From NCBI RefSeq assembly GCF_900101615.1, contig NZ_FMZX01000021.1, positions 10,336 to 34,335 on the forward strand: a stretch of DNA of 24,000 nt. The letters run 5' to 3'. How positions within the stretch are numbered: the stretch's first letter is position 1; every line of letters starts with the position of its first letter. This DNA is from Belnapia rosea. Its GTDB lineage: Bacteria > Pseudomonadota > Alphaproteobacteria > Acetobacterales > Acetobacteraceae. The notes under the pieces are model-generated. The model saw only the letters and a list, made by a program, of their open reading frames with translations, did not search any database and was not told the DNA's origin. Positions 21,836 through 24,000 of this stretch are shown here, piece by piece. The position numbers and the translations under genes were made by a program.

Positions 21836-24000
21836 CAGCGACCGCCAAGCTCGAATTGCATGCGGAGCAAGGCTTCGTCCAGGACGACGTCCTCGCCGTC
21901 CTGGACGAGGATCTGCGCCTGGTCGAGGTTGAGCACCCGCCGCGCCGCGCTCACGAAGCCCGTAAGACGTAGCACCGGTATCCCGAGGGACTGAGCCAGG
22001 CCCGGCCTTGTGATCCGGCCGCCCCGTGCCGCCAGTGCCGCCAAGAGCGCGTGGATTTGGTCGTCCGGGGGCGCCCCGCGCCCGGCCAATTTCCGCTGCG
22101 CGGCATAGCCCTCCGACTGCAGCAGCGCTTCAATCCAGAGCGGGGCGGAGCCCGTCGGCACCCGCGCCAGCGGTGGTGTTTCGGAAGCAGACGCACCGCT
22201 GCGGCTATCCGGCCCGCTGACGAAGAGATCGACCTGACGCGGTTCCGACTTCCGGCGGTTGGGTGGTGGTGACGCGACCTCAGGCTTGCGCGGAGGACCG
22301 GGCTCGCCCTCGGCACCGCGCCACCACGCCGGCTCGGCGGGCGGTGCCTCGGTCCAACCGGACGGAGGGTCGCCAGACGAAAGCACGGCAACGGGCACGA
22401 GGACTTCCTGCGGAGCCGCTCCTCCGTGGTAGCCACTCCGCCGTGCGGCTAAGCGGAGGCGCTCACTCCATGCCGCGACGATCGTTGTCGCCCCTCCAGG
22501 CGCCAAGACGCGGCCGCCCGCGAGCGCGACCTCGCCCTCACCCGGCGGCGTGCCAGCGCTTCGCCACCGGGCACCCGCTCCGCCAGACATTTGGATGGTT
22601 CCCTCGTCGAGTACATGGCCGTGGTCACCGGTGACGATGACAATCCGGCCGGCCTGCCGGGCGGTATGCAGAATGGCGGATACCTGGCGAAAGTCATCGG
22701 CGGTCCAGGTGATCTCAAGCTGGTCGCTTCCAGACAACTGGGCATCGACCGCGTTGTGGACGATTCCAACAATCTTTTGCTGGTGGTCAGCGACGGCAGC
22801 CTGCAGGTCGCCTCCGAGTTCAGGCCCGGAGGCGAGGTCGGCCTTATGGAACAAGCGGGGAGGCTTCCCAGCCCGAGACACCGCGACGAGGCTTGGAAGC
22901 CCCGCAAAGCCCGCACGCTCCGCCGTCTGGTCTCCTCGCGTCAGCTTCCCGCAGAGCAGGCTGGCCCGAGAGATCTCGGTGACCGAGGGCAGCGCCGCGG
23001 CCCCAATGAACGCACCTCGCCCGTCTGTTGGGGCGAGTTCCGACCAACCCAGGCGCCCGACGGTTTCGGCGAGGTGACGCCAGACCGCAAAGCTGAGGCC
23101 GTCGAAGACGAGGAGAAGGACCGGCTTCTCGCGCGCCAGCGGGGCGACCACCGCATCCAGGACGCGCTCGACCGGGAGCGGCACGTCGCCGTGCCCGCCG
23201 CCCTGGTTCCATCCCTTCAGAAGCGCCGCAAAGGATTGGTTCTCCGCGTCTCGCTGCGCAGCAGCCGCCTCGGCGATGCGGGAGTAAGCCGCCGCGACTT
23301 CCGGAAGCTGATCGCCGCCGCGGACCGCCTGCCGCGCGCGGTCCACGAACCCCCCTTCCAGGGCGTAGCCTGCGGCGGCTTCTGCAAGCGTGCGGAACAC
23401 GCGTTGCCGCCCCCGGGCAAGCCAGCCCACGATCCTGGCAGCCATGGTCAAGCGTCCGATCCGCGCAGCGTTGTCGCCGGCGCGGTCGTGGCTGGCGACC
23501 TCGCGGACACGGTCCCAGGCGGCGCCCACGTCGTCAGCCTGTCCTGTCTCCGCCGCGCGGCCCAGTGCGTCAGCCGCGTCGCGCAGCCTGGCGTCGAAGC
23601 CGAGCTGCAAGGCGGGGCTGAGCCCCGCGGCCCGCTCGGCTCGGATGTCGGCCAGAATGGCTGCGGTCCGCGCCTCCGCGGCTCGGCTTGCCGCGGGATC
23701 GTCGCGGGCAAGCCGGTCGAGCACCCGACGTCCAGCCTCGGCAAGGCTTCGACCCACGTCGGGATCCACCGGGACACCGCCGACGAGCGGCTCAAGCCGA
23801 ACGGCGGCGTCCCGGAGCTCGACGCGCGGTGCCACCTCGCCGAACACCACGCCGCAGGCCAGCGCGATCGCTAGGGCGTCGCCGCCCCGGCCTGCCGCGG
23901 CCGCGCCCAGAACCAGGGCCGCGGCCGGCCCTCCCTCCACGCCAAGGCGGCTGGCCAAGGCCTGGCGAACGTCGGGTGGAAGCCGCGCAAGCCGGTCCAG
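21835..24000 (-). CDS. pglZ: BREX type 2 alkaline-phosphatase-superfamily protein PglZ (5' end outside the window)
   Basis: The frame is open to the window edge: 23959-24000 translates as LDRLARLPPDVRQA with no stop, so TTG 23958 in the ORF track is not the true start. PglZ-domain blocks PVLLLVFDGLSFAVWRHL and IVIVTGDHGHVLDEG. Followed by brxD and brxHI. Confidence 0.85.
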   Translation of the reverse strand: MDRLARLPPDVRQALASRLGVEGGPAAALVLGAAAAGRGGDALAIALACGVVFGEVAPRVELRDAAVRLEPLVGGVPVDPDVGRSLAEAGRRVLDRLARDDPAASRAAEARTAAILADIRAERAAGLSPALQLGFDARLRDAADALGRAAETGQADDVGAAWDRVREVASHDRAGDNAARIGRLTMAARIVGWLARGRQRVFRTLAEAAAGYALEGGFVDRARQAVRGGDQLPEVAAAYSRIAEAAAAQRDAENQSFAALLKGWNQGGGHGDVPLPVERVLDAVVAPLAREKPVLLLVFDGLSFAVWRHLAETVGRLGWSELAPTDGRGAFIGAAALPSVTEISRASLLCGKLTRGDQTAERAGFAGLPSLVAVSRAGKPPRLFHKADLASGPELGGDLQAAVADHQQKIVGIVHNAVDAQLSGSDQLEITWTADDFRQVSAILHTARQAGRIVIVTGDHGHVLDEGTIQMSGGAGARWRSAGTPPGEGEVALAGGRVLAPGGATTIVAAWSERLRLAARRSGYHGGAAPQEVLVPVAVLSSGDPPSGWTEAPPAEPAWWRGAEGEPGPPRKPEVASPPPNRRKSEPRQVDLFVSGPDSRSGASASETPPLARVPTGSAPLWIEALLQSEGYAAQRKLAGRGAPPDDQIHALLAALAARGGRITRPGLAQSLGIPVLRLTGFVSAARRVLNLDQAQILVQDGEDVVLDEALLRMQFELGGR

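Noticed and set aside
20612-23874. Long plus-strand ORFs 20612-21994 (460 aa) and 22591-23874 (427 aa)
   Set aside because: They are antisense to brxD and pglZ, which carry diagnostic motifs and coupled start/stop overlaps. The products are low-complexity Arg/Gly/Pro-rich.
1-24000. Search by eye for CRISPR arrays, tRNA/rRNA genes, retron- or DGR-like repeats, and long tandem arrays
   Set aside because: No regularly spaced repeat arrays, cloverleaf-like segments or rRNA-like conserved stretches were noticed. Non-coding gaps are all shorter than ~330 bp. A proper scan (tRNAscan-SE, Infernal/Rfam, CRISPR finders, self-dotplot) is still needed to exclude small RNAs.

Overview
High-GC (alphaproteobacterium-like) accessory DNA combining mobile-element debris with defence-type genes. 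No rRNA, tRNA or CRISPR array was seen.

Layout, left to right:
- 145-1473: a TraG/VirD4-type coupling protein that lacks its N-terminal membrane anchor.
- 1574-2854: an exported hypothetical protein.
- 2878-4063: an intact IS630-family element sitting in a CTAG target.
- 4396-7139: a three-gene operon with two tandem small P-loop GTPases. The second carries a DUF697-like hydrophobic tail. The third gene is unknown.
- 7205-11657 (minus strand): a ~618-aa gene with a PD-(D/E)xK-like motif and a Cys-rich C-terminus. An intact IS66-family element (8706-11293) splits it cleanly, with a perfect 8-bp target duplication.
- 11776-12552: a serine recombinase, starting 6 nt after a KAP-family P-loop NTPase (12559-14745).
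- 14746-14982: an AT-rich divergent control region full of repeats.
- 14983-18340: a five-gene plus-strand operon. It encodes a DUF4258-like toxin-like ORF, an XRE-HTH::dynamin-like GTPase fusion, a DUF1232 protein and two tiny membrane proteins.
- 18429-24000 (minus strand, convergent): the 3' end of a type 2 BREX (Pgl) locus, pglZ (partial)-brxD-brxHI.

Candidates for an undescribed system, best first:
1. The HTH-dynamin operon.
2. The twin-GTPase operon.
3. The KAP-recombinase-(IS-disrupted nuclease-like gene) cluster.

All family calls come from motif recognition by eye. None was confirmed by a search.
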